Shown here: positions 23,106 to 31,928 of the stretch, piece after piece
Numbering within the stretch: position 1 is the first letter of the stretch
Layout of the letters: every line of letters starts with the position of its first letter
Assembly: GCA_016712445.1 (NCBI GenBank)
Contig: JADJRB010000010.1
Location: 85,778-117,777 of the forward strand
From: Acidobacteriota bacterium
GTDB lineage: Bacteria > Pseudomonadota > Alphaproteobacteria > Caulobacterales > Hyphomonadaceae
Direction: 5' to 3'
DNA length: 32,000 nt
Notes under the pieces: generated by a model
The model's input: only the letters and a program-made list of their open reading frames with translations
Told to the model about the DNA's origin: nothing
The model's database searches: none
Position numbers and translations under genes: made by a program

Positions 23106-24059
23106 ATGACAGACCTCCTCGCCGCCCTCAGCGTTTACTTTACCCAGGCCGCGCTGACGTTTCCGGAATGGAGCCCTGCGCTCTTCTCGATCGATTTCGG
23201 CTTTGCCGGTCTCGGGGAGTTCCACCTGCGCTGGTACGCGCTCGGCTATATCGCCGGGATCGGCGGGGCCTGGTGGTATGCGAGCCAGCTGCTGAAGCGC
23301 CCGGCCCTGTGGGGCGGCGAGCCGCCGCTGAGCCAGGAAGCGATGGATGACCTGATGTTCTGGATCATCATCGGCATCATCCTCGGCGGGCGGCTCGGCT
23401 ACATCCTGTTCTACATGGTGCCCTACCAGATGGACGTGCTGGCCGCCGATCCGCTGACCATCATCCGCATCTGGGACGGCGGCATGGCCTTCCATGGCGG
23501 CATCCTCGGGGTGGCGATCGTGCTGTGGTGGTTTGCGGCGAAGCGCGGCGTGAAGCTGCTCTCGGTGGGCGACATTGCAGGCGTCACCGCCCCCATCGGC
23601 ATCGGCCTCGTGCGGATCGCCAACTTCGTCAACGGCGAGCTTTACGGCCGGCATACCGACGCCCCGGTCGGCATGGTGTTCCCGGAGGGCTACGTGCAGG
23701 GATCCACGCCGCCGGCCTATAACTGGGACACCGGCGAGTGGGTCTATTCGGGGACCGAAATGGCCCGCCATCCGAGCCAGCTTTACGAGTCCGTGCTGGA
23801 AGGCTGGCTGCCCCTGCTCGTGCTGTCGCTGCTGATCTGGAAGTTCGGCGCCCTGAAGCGCCCCGGTCTCGTGGCAGGACTTTTCCTGATCATGTACGGT
23901 GTGGGGCGATCTGTTGCCGAAAACTTCCGGATGCCGGATTCTTTTGTCAGCGGACTGCCAGAATGGCTGACGATGGGGATGATCCTGTCGGTGCCGATGT
24001 GGATCGGCGGCGCCTGGCTCATCTGGAACGCCTTGAAAGCGCAGGAAAAGCGCGTATAA
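23106..24059 (+). CDS. lgt: Prolipoprotein diacylglyceryl transferase
   Basis: 317 aa, polytopic. It carries ...HLRWYALGYIAGI..., ...WDGGMAFHGGILG..., ...RIANFVNGELYGR... and ...HPSQLYES..., which are conserved Lgt motifs. Confidence 0.9.
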   Translation: MTDLLAALSVYFTQAALTFPEWSPALFSIDFGFAGLGEFHLRWYALGYIAGIGGAWWYASQLLKRPALWGGEPPLSQEAMDDLMFWIIIGIILGGRLGYILFYMVPYQMDVLAADPLTIIRIWDGGMAFHGGILGVAIVLWWFAAKRGVKLLSVGDIAGVTAPIGIGLVRIANFVNGELYGRHTDAPVGMVFPEGYVQGSTPPAYNWDTGEWVYSGTEMARHPSQLYESVLEGWLPLLVLSLLIWKFGALKRPGLVAGLFLIMYGVGRSVAENFRMPDSFVSGLPEWLTMGMILSVPMWIGGAWLIWNALKAQEKRV

Positions 24060-24121
24060 GGATTTCGTTAATACGTAGAGTTACGGATGCTTTGACGCGC
24101 GAACCTGGGGAGGGGGGCGCA

Positions 24122-24484
24122 ATGAAGTCTGACAGCCTGTACCGTCTGACAGCGGCGTGCCTGTTCACGCACGAGCTCGATTCCCCCCTGAGACAGGGCT
24201 GGAACCCGCTCGCGCTGAACACAAGTTCCTATACTTCATTCGACCAGCAGATCTTCATGTGGGCACACGTGCCGATCGTGCTCGGGATGATCTTCCTTGC
24301 CGAGACGGGCAGCCGCGCGGCCATCCGCTACGGGCTCTGCGTGTTTGCGGTGGTGCATGTCGGGCTGCACTGGTTCTATCGCAACACCCCGGTCTACGAT
24401 TTCAGCTCCCTGTCCTCGTGGGTGCTGATCCTGCTGGCCGGCATATTCGGTGCGGCCTATTTGGTGCCCGCGAAGGCGCGATAA
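24122..24484 (+). CDS. Small integral membrane protein, hypothetical
   Basis: This is the tail of ORF 23738..24484, from the ATG at 24122 preceded by GGGGAGGGGGG. It has 120 aa and about 3-4 hydrophobic helices (..WAHVPIVLGMIFLAE.., ..LCVFAVVHVGLHWF.., ..WVLILLAGIFGAAYLV). Confidence 0.55.
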   Translation: MKSDSLYRLTAACLFTHELDSPLRQGWNPLALNTSSYTSFDQQIFMWAHVPIVLGMIFLAETGSRAAIRYGLCVFAVVHVGLHWFYRNTPVYDFSSLSSWVLILLAGIFGAAYLVPAKAR

Positions 24485-24508
24485 CGCGCTGAAGAAATTG
24501 ACGGACAC

Positions 24509-25555
24509 ATGACTCTAAAAGACCGGCTGGTTCGCCTGATCGAAAGCGGCGGGCCGATCCCGCTTTCAACCTACATGCAGATTGCCCTGCACGACCCGAA
24601 GGGCGGCTATTACGCCGCGCGTCCGGGTATCGGGCGCGATTTCACGACGGCGCCCGAAACCAGCCAGGTGTTCGGCGAATTGCTCGGGCTGTGGCTGGTG
24701 CATGAATGGCGGGCGCTGGGATCGCCGGCAGCGTTCCAGCTGGTCGAGATCGGACCGGGGCGCGGCCAGCTGATGCTCGACGCCCTGCGCGCGGCAGGCA
24801 CAGCGGGCGGCGACGAGTTCGCCAGCGCGATGCGGCTGGTGTTCATCGAGCCGAGCCCGTTATTGCAAGCGGAGCTCAAGGCGCTGTTCGCGCCCTCGAA
24901 GCCGGAGTTCGCGTCAAAGCTGGCGGAGGTCGCCGATGGCCCTGCCCTGATCGTCGCCAACGAGTATCTGGATTGCCTGCCCGCCCGCCAGTTCCGCAAG
25001 GCCGGCGAGGCCTGGCACGAATGCGTGATCGGGCTGGACAGCGCGGGCGCGCTGGTGTTCGGCCTCGCTGCCGACGAGCCGCGCCCGCCGCATGAGATGG
25101 CGCCCTCCGGTGACACCGTCGAGGTGCAGGCGGGGCTGGACCTGATCGTGGCGGATCTTGTCTCCCGCACGGCCCCGGTGCGGGCCCTGTTCATCGACTA
25201 TGGCCCGGATGACCGGGCGCCCGGCGACACTTTGCGGGCTTACCGGCGCGGCGCGCAGGTCTCGCCCCTTGAAGCGCCGGGCGAGACCGACCTGACCGTC
25301 GATGTCGATTTCGGGCGGCTGGCACGGCTCGCCCGCTCGGCCGGGCTCGACGTGGCCGGCCCCGCGCCGCAGGGCATGTTCCTGCTCGGCCTCGGCGCGC
25401 AGGCGCGGCTGAACCAGCTCGTCACCGCCAATCCGGAGGACGGCGAAGCGCTGTTCAACGCGGCGCGCAAGCTGATCGACCCGAAAGACATGGGCGCCCG
25501 CTTCAAGGCAATCTGCCTGTCCTCGGCCGGGCTGGCGAAGCCGGCAGGTTTCTGA
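24509..25555 (+). CDS. Class I SAM-dependent methyltransferase, MidA/NDUFAF7 (DUF185) family
   Basis: 348 aa. ...IPLSTYMQIALHDPKGGYYA....DFTTAPETSQVFGELLGLW... and ...LVEIGPGRGQLMLD...ANEYLDCLP are characteristic of DUF185. Confidence 0.84.
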   Translation: MTLKDRLVRLIESGGPIPLSTYMQIALHDPKGGYYAARPGIGRDFTTAPETSQVFGELLGLWLVHEWRALGSPAAFQLVEIGPGRGQLMLDALRAAGTAGGDEFASAMRLVFIEPSPLLQAELKALFAPSKPEFASKLAEVADGPALIVANEYLDCLPARQFRKAGEAWHECVIGLDSAGALVFGLAADEPRPPHEMAPSGDTVEVQAGLDLIVADLVSRTAPVRALFIDYGPDDRAPGDTLRAYRRGAQVSPLEAPGETDLTVDVDFGRLARLARSAGLDVAGPAPQGMFLLGLGAQARLNQLVTANPEDGEALFNAARKLIDPKDMGARFKAICLSSAGLAKPAGF

Positions 25556-25616
25556 CGCGCCTATTGGCGTTCGCTCCGAAAGCCCCATGTTAGGGTCCGA
25601 AAGACGAGGTGCGCAC

Positions 25617-26621
25617 GTGGCGGAACTTTCCATTCTTGAGCTGGGGCGCGTGCGCGAGGGATTTACCCGCGCCGATGCCCTGAATGAGGCGCGCCGACTC
25701 GCCCAGCATGCCGAGGGGCTTGGCTACAAGCGCTTCTGGGTGGCCGAGCATCACAACATGTCGGCGGTGACGACGGCGGCGACGTCGCTGGTGGTTTCGC
25801 ACATCGCGGCGGGCACGAAGACGATCCGCGTGGGCGCGGGCGGCATCATGTTGCCGAACCATGCGCCCTACGTGATCGCCGAACAGTTCGGCACGCTGGA
25901 AGCCCTGTATCCGGGCCGCATCGATCTCGGGCTCGGGCGCGCTCCGGGCACTGACCAGCTGACGCTGCGCGCGCTACGGCGCGACGGCATGGCAGCGGAG
26001 AATTTCCAGCAGGACGTGCTTGAGCTGCAGGCCTGGCTCGGCCCGGTGGCGCCGGGCCAGCGGATCGAGGCGGTGCCAGGATCGAACTCCAATGTGCCGC
26101 TGTGGATCCTTGGCTCCAGTCTTTACGGCGCGCAGATGGCCGCGGCCTACGGCTTCCCGTTCGGCTTTGCCTCACACTTTGCGCCGCAGATGCTGGACCA
26201 AGCGCTGGCGATCTACCGGCAGAGCTACCGGCCCTCGAAGCAGCAGCCGAAGCCCTATGCGCTGATCGGCGTCAACATCATCGCGGCGGAGTCGGACGAA
26301 GAGGCGAAATACCTCGCCACCTCGCAGCAGATGTCGTTCGCCAATCTCGTGCGCGGCGAACGCAAGCTGATGCAGAAACCGATCGACGACATCGACACCT
26401 ACTGGACGCCGCAGGAAAAAATGCAGGCCTCGCACATGCTGAACTTCAGCATCGTGGGAAATGCCGAAACCGTCCGTACCGGGATTAACCGCCTGCTGGA
26501 GCGCACAGAGGCCGATGAGCTGATGGTCGTCTCCGACATGTACGACCAGGACAAGCGCCGGCGATCTTTCGAGATCATCGCGGGCGTGATGGCGGACCTG
26601 AAAGTGGGCGCCAGCGCCTGA
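25617..26621 (+). CDS. LLM-class flavin-dependent oxidoreductase (luciferase-like, YhbW group)
   Basis: ORF 25587..26621. I prefer the GTG at 25617 (GAGGT 6 nt upstream), giving (M)AELSILELGRVREG... It also has ...GYKRFWVAEHHNM...IRVGAGGIMLPNHAPYVIAEQFGTLEALYPGRIDLGLGRAPG. Confidence 0.85.
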   Translation: MAELSILELGRVREGFTRADALNEARRLAQHAEGLGYKRFWVAEHHNMSAVTTAATSLVVSHIAAGTKTIRVGAGGIMLPNHAPYVIAEQFGTLEALYPGRIDLGLGRAPGTDQLTLRALRRDGMAAENFQQDVLELQAWLGPVAPGQRIEAVPGSNSNVPLWILGSSLYGAQMAAAYGFPFGFASHFAPQMLDQALAIYRQSYRPSKQQPKPYALIGVNIIAAESDEEAKYLATSQQMSFANLVRGERKLMQKPIDDIDTYWTPQEKMQASHMLNFSIVGNAETVRTGINRLLERTEADELMVVSDMYDQDKRRRSFEIIAGVMADLKVGASA

Positions 26622-26749
26622 GCGCTGTTTCGGCGCGCAAGAAGCAAGAACAGTGATCACTGGCGCAAACGCTTGCGGGCCAATTACCTGTTTTGTAGGC
26701 TGAATCCCTTATTCCTCCCAGATACAGGTTTTCTGCCATACTTCGTCAG

Positions 26750-27295
26750 GTGCTCCAGCAGGCCACGGGCAGCGATCATGCCCGACTGGACGGACTTGTG
26801 TCCGGACTCGATTTCGCGAACGAGGCGAACTACCGGCGATTCCTGACATCGACGCATGCCGCGCTAGCGGGGCTTGAGCAGCAGCTGGAACGGTCGAATG
26901 TGTCGGGTCTGCTGCAGGACTGGGCGCAGCGGCGGCGGCGGTTCGCGCTGGCAGAGGATCTCGGCGCCCTTGGCGCGGATGCCGGCCAGCCCATGCAGGG
27001 ACCATCAAAAGGCAAGCTGACCAGCGATGAAATGCTGGGCACGCTCTACGTGTTGGAAGGCAGCCGGCTGGGGGCAACTGTGCTCGCCGCCCGCGCGGCC
27101 GACTCTTCAAGCGCCGCGGTGCGCGATAATGTCCGCTACCTGACACATGGCAGGGACGGCCGCTTCTGGCGTTCCTTTCTCTCGCTGCTGGCCGACGCTT
27201 CGGCGGTTGATACCCAACCGATGATCGCAAGTGCGCACGCCGCATTCGCGATCTTTACCCGCGCCTTCGAGGCGCAGGGAGCCGCTTTACGGTGA
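26750..27295 (+). CDS. bphO: Biliverdin-producing heme oxygenase (BphO-type)
   Basis: 181 aa from the GTG at 26750. It has the N-terminal ...ATGSDHARLD (proximal His context) and ...GTLYVLEGSRLG (HO signature). Its stop overlaps the bphP start (GTGA at 27292-27295). The start codon is ambiguous; see findings. Confidence 0.75.
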   Translation: MLQQATGSDHARLDGLVSGLDFANEANYRRFLTSTHAALAGLEQQLERSNVSGLLQDWAQRRRRFALAEDLGALGADAGQPMQGPSKGKLTSDEMLGTLYVLEGSRLGATVLAARAADSSSAAVRDNVRYLTHGRDGRFWRSFLSLLADASAVDTQPMIASAHAAFAIFTRAFEAQGAALR

Positions 27296-29844
27296 ATGAC
27301 AACTTAGCGACACAACCGGCAACGTTGAGCAATTGCGACGTTGAGCCGATCCATATTCCGGGAACGATCCAGGCGATCGGTTGCCTGCTGGCCTGTGACC
27401 CGGACAGCTTCGTCATCCGGCATGCGTCCACCAACACTGAAGACCTGCTGGGTCTCGGCGCGGGAAGCGTGATCGGCGCATCGCTCGACGATGTGCTGGG
27501 CCGGGAGATCGGCCACGAGGTGCGCAACAGCCTTGCCCGCTCGCCGGACCCGTCGCGGCCCGGCCTGCTGTTCCGGCAGAACGCCAGCGGCGGCCGCGCC
27601 TTCGATATCGTGGCTCACATGCATGATGGCCGCGTGATCATTGAACTGAAACCTGCGGCGCCGCAGTCCGATCCGGCATCGCTGGAACTCGCGCGCACGA
27701 TCATCCGGCGGCTGGGTGCGGAGACGCGGCTGTCGCAGCTCTTGCGCAATGCGCCGCGGCTGCTGTTCGGCGCGCTGAAGTACGACCGCGTGATGGTCTA
27801 CCGCTTCGCCGAGAATGGCGCCGGCCAGGTGGTGGCAGAGACGAAGCGCGCCGACCTCGAGAGCTTTTCGGGCCAGTGGTTCCCGGCGAGCGACATTCCG
27901 GCCCAGGCGCGTGCGCTCTACTTGCGCAACACGATCCGCGTGGTGTCTGATGCATCAGGCGAGACGGTGCCGATCCTGCCGGTGACCGATGCGGACGGCC
28001 GCCCGATCGACCTCAGCTATGCCCACCTGCGAAGCGTCTCGCCGATCCACTGCGAATATCTGCGCAACATGGGCGTCGCCGCGTCGATGTCGGTGTCGAT
28101 CATCGTCGAGGGAAAGCTCTGGGGACTGATTGCCTGCCACCACTATTCGCCGCGCGCCCTGTCGCTGGCCGAACGGATGAACATCGAGCTGATCGGTGAC
28201 TGTTTCTCGATGCAGGTGGAGTCGCTGATTTCCCGCGAACTGCTGCAGGCAGCTGCCAAGGTGCGCGCCGCGCTGGGCGACATCCTTCTGCGCATCGTCG
28301 ACGAGCCGCGCCCTGACCTGCTGCTGCGCGCGCGGATCGATGACATGGCGAAACTGATCCCCAGCGACGGCGCCGCGCTCTGGCTGGAGGGCGAAGCGGA
28401 GCGGTCCGGTCGTACGCCTGCGGACGATATCCTGCAGCAGGTCGCGCGCCTGGCAGAGTCTGAAGCGCCCGGGCAAGTGTGGGCTACCGACCGACTGTCG
28501 ACGCGGCTGGAAGGGCCGATGCCCGGCGGGCCGGCGGGCGTGCTTGCCATTCCGCTGTCGAAGGCGGCCGGCGACTACCTGTTCTATTTCCGCAAGGAAG
28601 TGGTCGAGACGATCGAATGGGGCGGCGATCCGAACAAGGCCTACACGACCGGCCCGAACGGCGACCGACTGACGCCGCGCGTCAGTTTCGCAATCTGGAA
28701 GGAAGAAGTACGCGGACAATCCCAGCCCTGGACGGCGCAGGTGCTCGAAGCGGCAGAAGGCATCAGGATTGCGTTGATGGAAATCACGCTGCGCCAGACG
28801 GCGCTTTTGCAAGCGGAACGCCAGCAGGCCGAGGTGCGCCAGCGCCGGCTGAACGACGAGCTGAACCACCGCGTCAAGAACATCCTTGCCCTGATTCGCT
28901 CGCTGCTGCGCCAGTCGAAGGACGATGGCCGCTCGCTGGCAGACTATGTCTCGACGCTGGAAGGGCGCATCATGTCGCTCGCCAAGGCGCACGACCAGGT
29001 CTGGCATGGCAGCGAAGGCGGCCACCTGAAGAGCCTCGTCGAGACCGAGCTGTCGCCCTATCACGGCCGGGGCGCGGTGATTGAGCTGCAAGGCCCGCCG
29101 GTCGTGCTGGATGCACGGGCGTTTTCGGTGGTTGCACTGGTCGTGCACGAGCTGGCGACGAACGCGGCGAAGTATGGATCCATCTCTTCCGACCACGGAC
29201 GGCTCGATATCGCCTGGCGCTTGAACGATTCCGGCGACTGCGTGATCGAGTGGACTGAAAGCGGCGGGCCGCCGGTCACGCCGCCGAAGCGCAAGGGCTT
29301 TGGCTCGACGCTGATCGACCGCAGCATTCCGTTTGACCTGCAGGGCGAGGTCGACCTCGCCTACAGGCCGGAGGGCCTGCGGGCATCGATCCGGATCCCC
29401 GCGCCATTTGTCTCGGTGGCAGAGGCAGCGCCGGCCTCGGCCGCCTCCCCTGCCCAGCGCAAGGCGCCGCGCGTGTCGCTCGCGGGCCTGAACATGCTCG
29501 TGGTCGAAGACCAGTTCGTGGTGGCGCTGGAGATGGAGGACCTCCTCCTCAAGCTGGGCGCGGAGACCGTCGAAGTGGCCGCGACCCCCGCCAACGCGCT
29601 GGCCGCCATCCGCCGGCAGAAGCCGGATGTCGCACTGCTCGACGTGAACCTCGGCGGGTCGTCATCGATCGAGGTCGCGCGCACGCTGATCGGCGCCGGG
29701 GTGCCGGTGCTGTTCACGACCGGCTATGCCGACAATGCGCATATCCCGCCGGAACTGCAGGCGGTGCCGGTGCTGCGCAAGCCCTACACGTCGGCCCTGC
29801 TGTCCGCTGCGCTCGAACGCCTGCTGCGCGGGCGCGCGGTCTGA
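27292..29844 (+). CDS. bphP: Bacteriophytochrome (PAS-GAF-PHY) fused to an HWE-type histidine kinase and a C-terminal receiver domain
   Basis: 850 aa. The chromophore Cys lies in LSNCDVEPIHIPG (TGC at 27334-27336). Other motifs are the GAF PASDIPAQAR, SPIHCEYLRNMGV, the PHY tongue WGGDP and PRVSF, the H-box ELNHRVKN (His codon 28867-28869), the N-box HELATNAAKYG, the W-x-E motif IEWTESGG, and the receiver ...DVALLDVNL... (Asp codon 29641-29643) with ...LRKPYT. Confidence 0.92.
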   Translation: MNDNLATQPATLSNCDVEPIHIPGTIQAIGCLLACDPDSFVIRHASTNTEDLLGLGAGSVIGASLDDVLGREIGHEVRNSLARSPDPSRPGLLFRQNASGGRAFDIVAHMHDGRVIIELKPAAPQSDPASLELARTIIRRLGAETRLSQLLRNAPRLLFGALKYDRVMVYRFAENGAGQVVAETKRADLESFSGQWFPASDIPAQARALYLRNTIRVVSDASGETVPILPVTDADGRPIDLSYAHLRSVSPIHCEYLRNMGVAASMSVSIIVEGKLWGLIACHHYSPRALSLAERMNIELIGDCFSMQVESLISRELLQAAAKVRAALGDILLRIVDEPRPDLLLRARIDDMAKLIPSDGAALWLEGEAERSGRTPADDILQQVARLAESEAPGQVWATDRLSTRLEGPMPGGPAGVLAIPLSKAAGDYLFYFRKEVVETIEWGGDPNKAYTTGPNGDRLTPRVSFAIWKEEVRGQSQPWTAQVLEAAEGIRIALMEITLRQTALLQAERQQAEVRQRRLNDELNHRVKNILALIRSLLRQSKDDGRSLADYVSTLEGRIMSLAKAHDQVWHGSEGGHLKSLVETELSPYHGRGAVIELQGPPVVLDARAFSVVALVVHELATNAAKYGSISSDHGRLDIAWRLNDSGDCVIEWTESGGPPVTPPKRKGFGSTLIDRSIPFDLQGEVDLAYRPEGLRASIRIPAPFVSVAEAAPASAASPAQRKAPRVSLAGLNMLVVEDQFVVALEMEDLLLKLGAETVEVAATPANALAAIRRQKPDVALLDVNLGGSSSIEVARTLIGAGVPVLFTTGYADNAHIPPELQAVPVLRKPYTSALLSAALERLLRGRAV

Positions 29845-29938
29845 CCGGGACGTCTGATCGCAGGGCGGCGCGGCAATGACTCTGGACAGCGCAGGGCGAA
29901 GCGATTCAAGACAGACGCGGCAAGCAAGGGATGGCTCC

Positions 29939-31198
29939 GTGGTTCGATTCTTCAGGTTGATGGCCGGACTGCTCGCCGCCGCGATGGGATTCGGGTTGCA
30001 GCCCGCGAGCGCGCTCGATATCCGGCTCGCCGGCTTCACCTCCCCCACGCTGATTGCGCAGGCACAACTGCTGCGCCTTGACGCGACCTTGCAACAGGCC
30101 ATGGGCACCGGGGATTTCGTCGGGCTTGCGGTTGCCGTGGTGCGCAATGGCGAAGTCACATTCCTGCACACTTACGGCGAGACCGAGACCGGCACAGGCG
30201 AGGCCGTCACGGCGGACACAGTGTTCCGGATTGCCTCGCTGTCGAAAGGCTTTGCCTCAAGCATGGTGGGGCTCGCGGCGTCGGAGGGCCGCCTCTCGCT
30301 GGATGCCCCGGTCTCCGGCTTTGCGCCGGAGCTGGCGCTGCCGGGCGGCGGCGAGAAGACGCTCACCCTGGCAAGTCTTCTCAGCCAGCGCACGGGCCTG
30401 CCGCCGAACGCGTATGACAACCTGCTGGAAGAGGGTATCGAACCCGTCCGCATACTGCCGATGTACCGCAAGGTGAAACCGACCTGCGCGGCCGCGTCGT
30501 GCTATGCCTACCAGAACGTCACCTACGATCTTTCCGGGCGGGCGCTCGCGGCCGCCTATGGCGAGAGCTATCCGGAACTGGTCGGGGAACGCCTGTTCGC
30601 GCGCCTTGGCATGACAACCGCGTCCTACGGGCTGGACGGGCTCACCCATACCGGCAACTGGGCGCGCCCGCACACGCGCGCGCGCCAGAGGGACCCCGCC
30701 CTGCCGCCGAATCCCTGGACGCGGCTGGAGGTGAAACTCCCCTACTATGCCATCCCGGCGGCGGGCGGCGTGAATGCCTCGATCAAGGACATGGCGCAGT
30801 GGCTGAATGCCCAGCTCGGCCATGCGCCGGATGTGCTACCGCCGGAGGTGCTGGACCTCATCCACACGCCGCAGGTGGCGACGCCTACCGAGACGCAGCG
30901 CATGCGCGACGTGATGCCGGCGCTGGCGGCATCGCACTATGCTTATGGCTGGCGCGTGTATGACTATGCGGGCCGCACGGTGGTGGCGCATGGCGGCTCG
31001 GTCGACGGCTACGGCGCCCACATCATGTTCCTGCCGGATGAGGATACCGGCATCGTGGTCCTGTCGAACACGCGCACGCGCCGCATGTGGGCCATCGCGC
31101 CGATGTTCATGGACCTGACGCTCGGCCTCGAGCCGAAGGACTGGCTGGGACTGGAGCCGGAGCCGCCGGTACACGATGAGCGCGTCGCGGCGCCGTGA
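29939..31198 (+). CDS. Serine hydrolase (class C beta-lactamase / family VIII esterase-like), secreted
   Basis: ORF 29876..31198. I prefer the GTG at 29939 (AAGGGA 7 nt upstream), which gives the signal peptide (M)VRFFRLMAGLLAAAMGFGLQPASA. Motifs are SLSK (SxxK), YQN (YxN) and HGG. Confidence 0.8.
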   Translation: MVRFFRLMAGLLAAAMGFGLQPASALDIRLAGFTSPTLIAQAQLLRLDATLQQAMGTGDFVGLAVAVVRNGEVTFLHTYGETETGTGEAVTADTVFRIASLSKGFASSMVGLAASEGRLSLDAPVSGFAPELALPGGGEKTLTLASLLSQRTGLPPNAYDNLLEEGIEPVRILPMYRKVKPTCAAASCYAYQNVTYDLSGRALAAAYGESYPELVGERLFARLGMTTASYGLDGLTHTGNWARPHTRARQRDPALPPNPWTRLEVKLPYYAIPAAGGVNASIKDMAQWLNAQLGHAPDVLPPEVLDLIHTPQVATPTETQRMRDVMPALAASHYAYGWRVYDYAGRTVVAHGGSVDGYGAHIMFLPDEDTGIVVLSNTRTRRMWAIAPMFMDLTLGLEPKDWLGLEPEPPVHDERVAAP

Positions 31199-31306
31199 AC
31201 CGATCCTGAAAAAATGGACACGGGCGCAGCTGAGCCGCGCGCGGAACGATTCGCGGAACGGGACGTAGCATCTGCATCCCCAAACCCGCAGAGAAGGAGT
31301 CAGCAA

Positions 31307-31870
31307 ATGACCCATCACACCGATTCCAGAACAGTAGCCATTCTCGCCGCCGACGGGTTCGAGCAAGTCGAACTCACCTCGCCGCGCGACAGGCTGCAGG
31401 AGACCGGCGTGAAGACGCACATCGTGTCGCTGAAGGGCGGCACGATCCAGGCCAACAAGCACCGCGAGCATGGCGACACATTCGAGGTCGATGTCACGCT
31501 CGATAAGGCAAAGCCTTCTGATTATGACGCCCTCTTGATCCCCGGCGGCCTGTTCAGCCCGGATGCACTGCGCACAGATCAGAGGGTGCAAAGCTTCGTG
31601 AAGGCATTCTTCGACGCCAGGAAACCTGTGTTTGCGATCTGCCACGGGCCTCAGGTGCTGATTTCGGCGGGCGTGGTCCGTGGGCGGAGCATGACCGCCG
31701 TGAAGGCTGTGCAGAAGGACCTGGAAAATGCCGGCGCCAAGGTCAGCGATGAGGCCGTGGTGGTAGACGCCGGCCTCGTGACCTCACGCACGCCGGACGA
31801 TCTCGACCAGTTCAATGCGCGCATCGTTTCGGAACTGGCGCGGGCAGAGACCGCCTCGCAGAGTCGCTGA
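31307..31870 (+). CDS. DJ-1/PfpI family protein (type 1 glutamine amidotransferase-like)
   Basis: ORF 31214..31870 trimmed to the ATG at 31307 (GAAGGAG 7 nt upstream). MTHHTDSRTVAILAADGFEQVEL...DALLIPGG...PVFAICHGPQVL contains the nucleophile-elbow Cys. Confidence 0.85.
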   Translation: MTHHTDSRTVAILAADGFEQVELTSPRDRLQETGVKTHIVSLKGGTIQANKHREHGDTFEVDVTLDKAKPSDYDALLIPGGLFSPDALRTDQRVQSFVKAFFDARKPVFAICHGPQVLISAGVVRGRSMTAVKAVQKDLENAGAKVSDEAVVVDAGLVTSRTPDDLDQFNARIVSELARAETASQSR

Positions 31871-31928
31871 GGCCGGCGCCAGCGTTCATCGATCATTGGA
31901 GCGGGACCGAAAGCAGCCCAAGCCGCTC

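Noticed and set aside
21766-23109. 447-aa plus-strand ORF
   Set aside because: It runs antisense across proC, ybjN and ubiK, three independently supported genes. It has no motifs and is a GC-shadow ORF.
22770-23771. 333-aa minus-strand ORF containing the UbiK sequence at its C-terminus
   Set aside because: Only the last 86 codons (from the ATG at 23030) look like a real protein, UbiK. The upstream 247 codons are antisense to lgt and His/Asp/Pro/Arg-rich.
26709-27245. 178-aa minus-strand Arg/Pro-rich ORF
   Set aside because: It is antisense to bphO, which has heme oxygenase signatures and is coupled to bphP.
27955-29196. 413-aa minus-strand ORF, plus several 80-200-aa ORFs in the same region
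   Set aside because: They are antisense or out-of-frame to the bacteriophytochrome gene, whose motifs are continuous over 850 aa.
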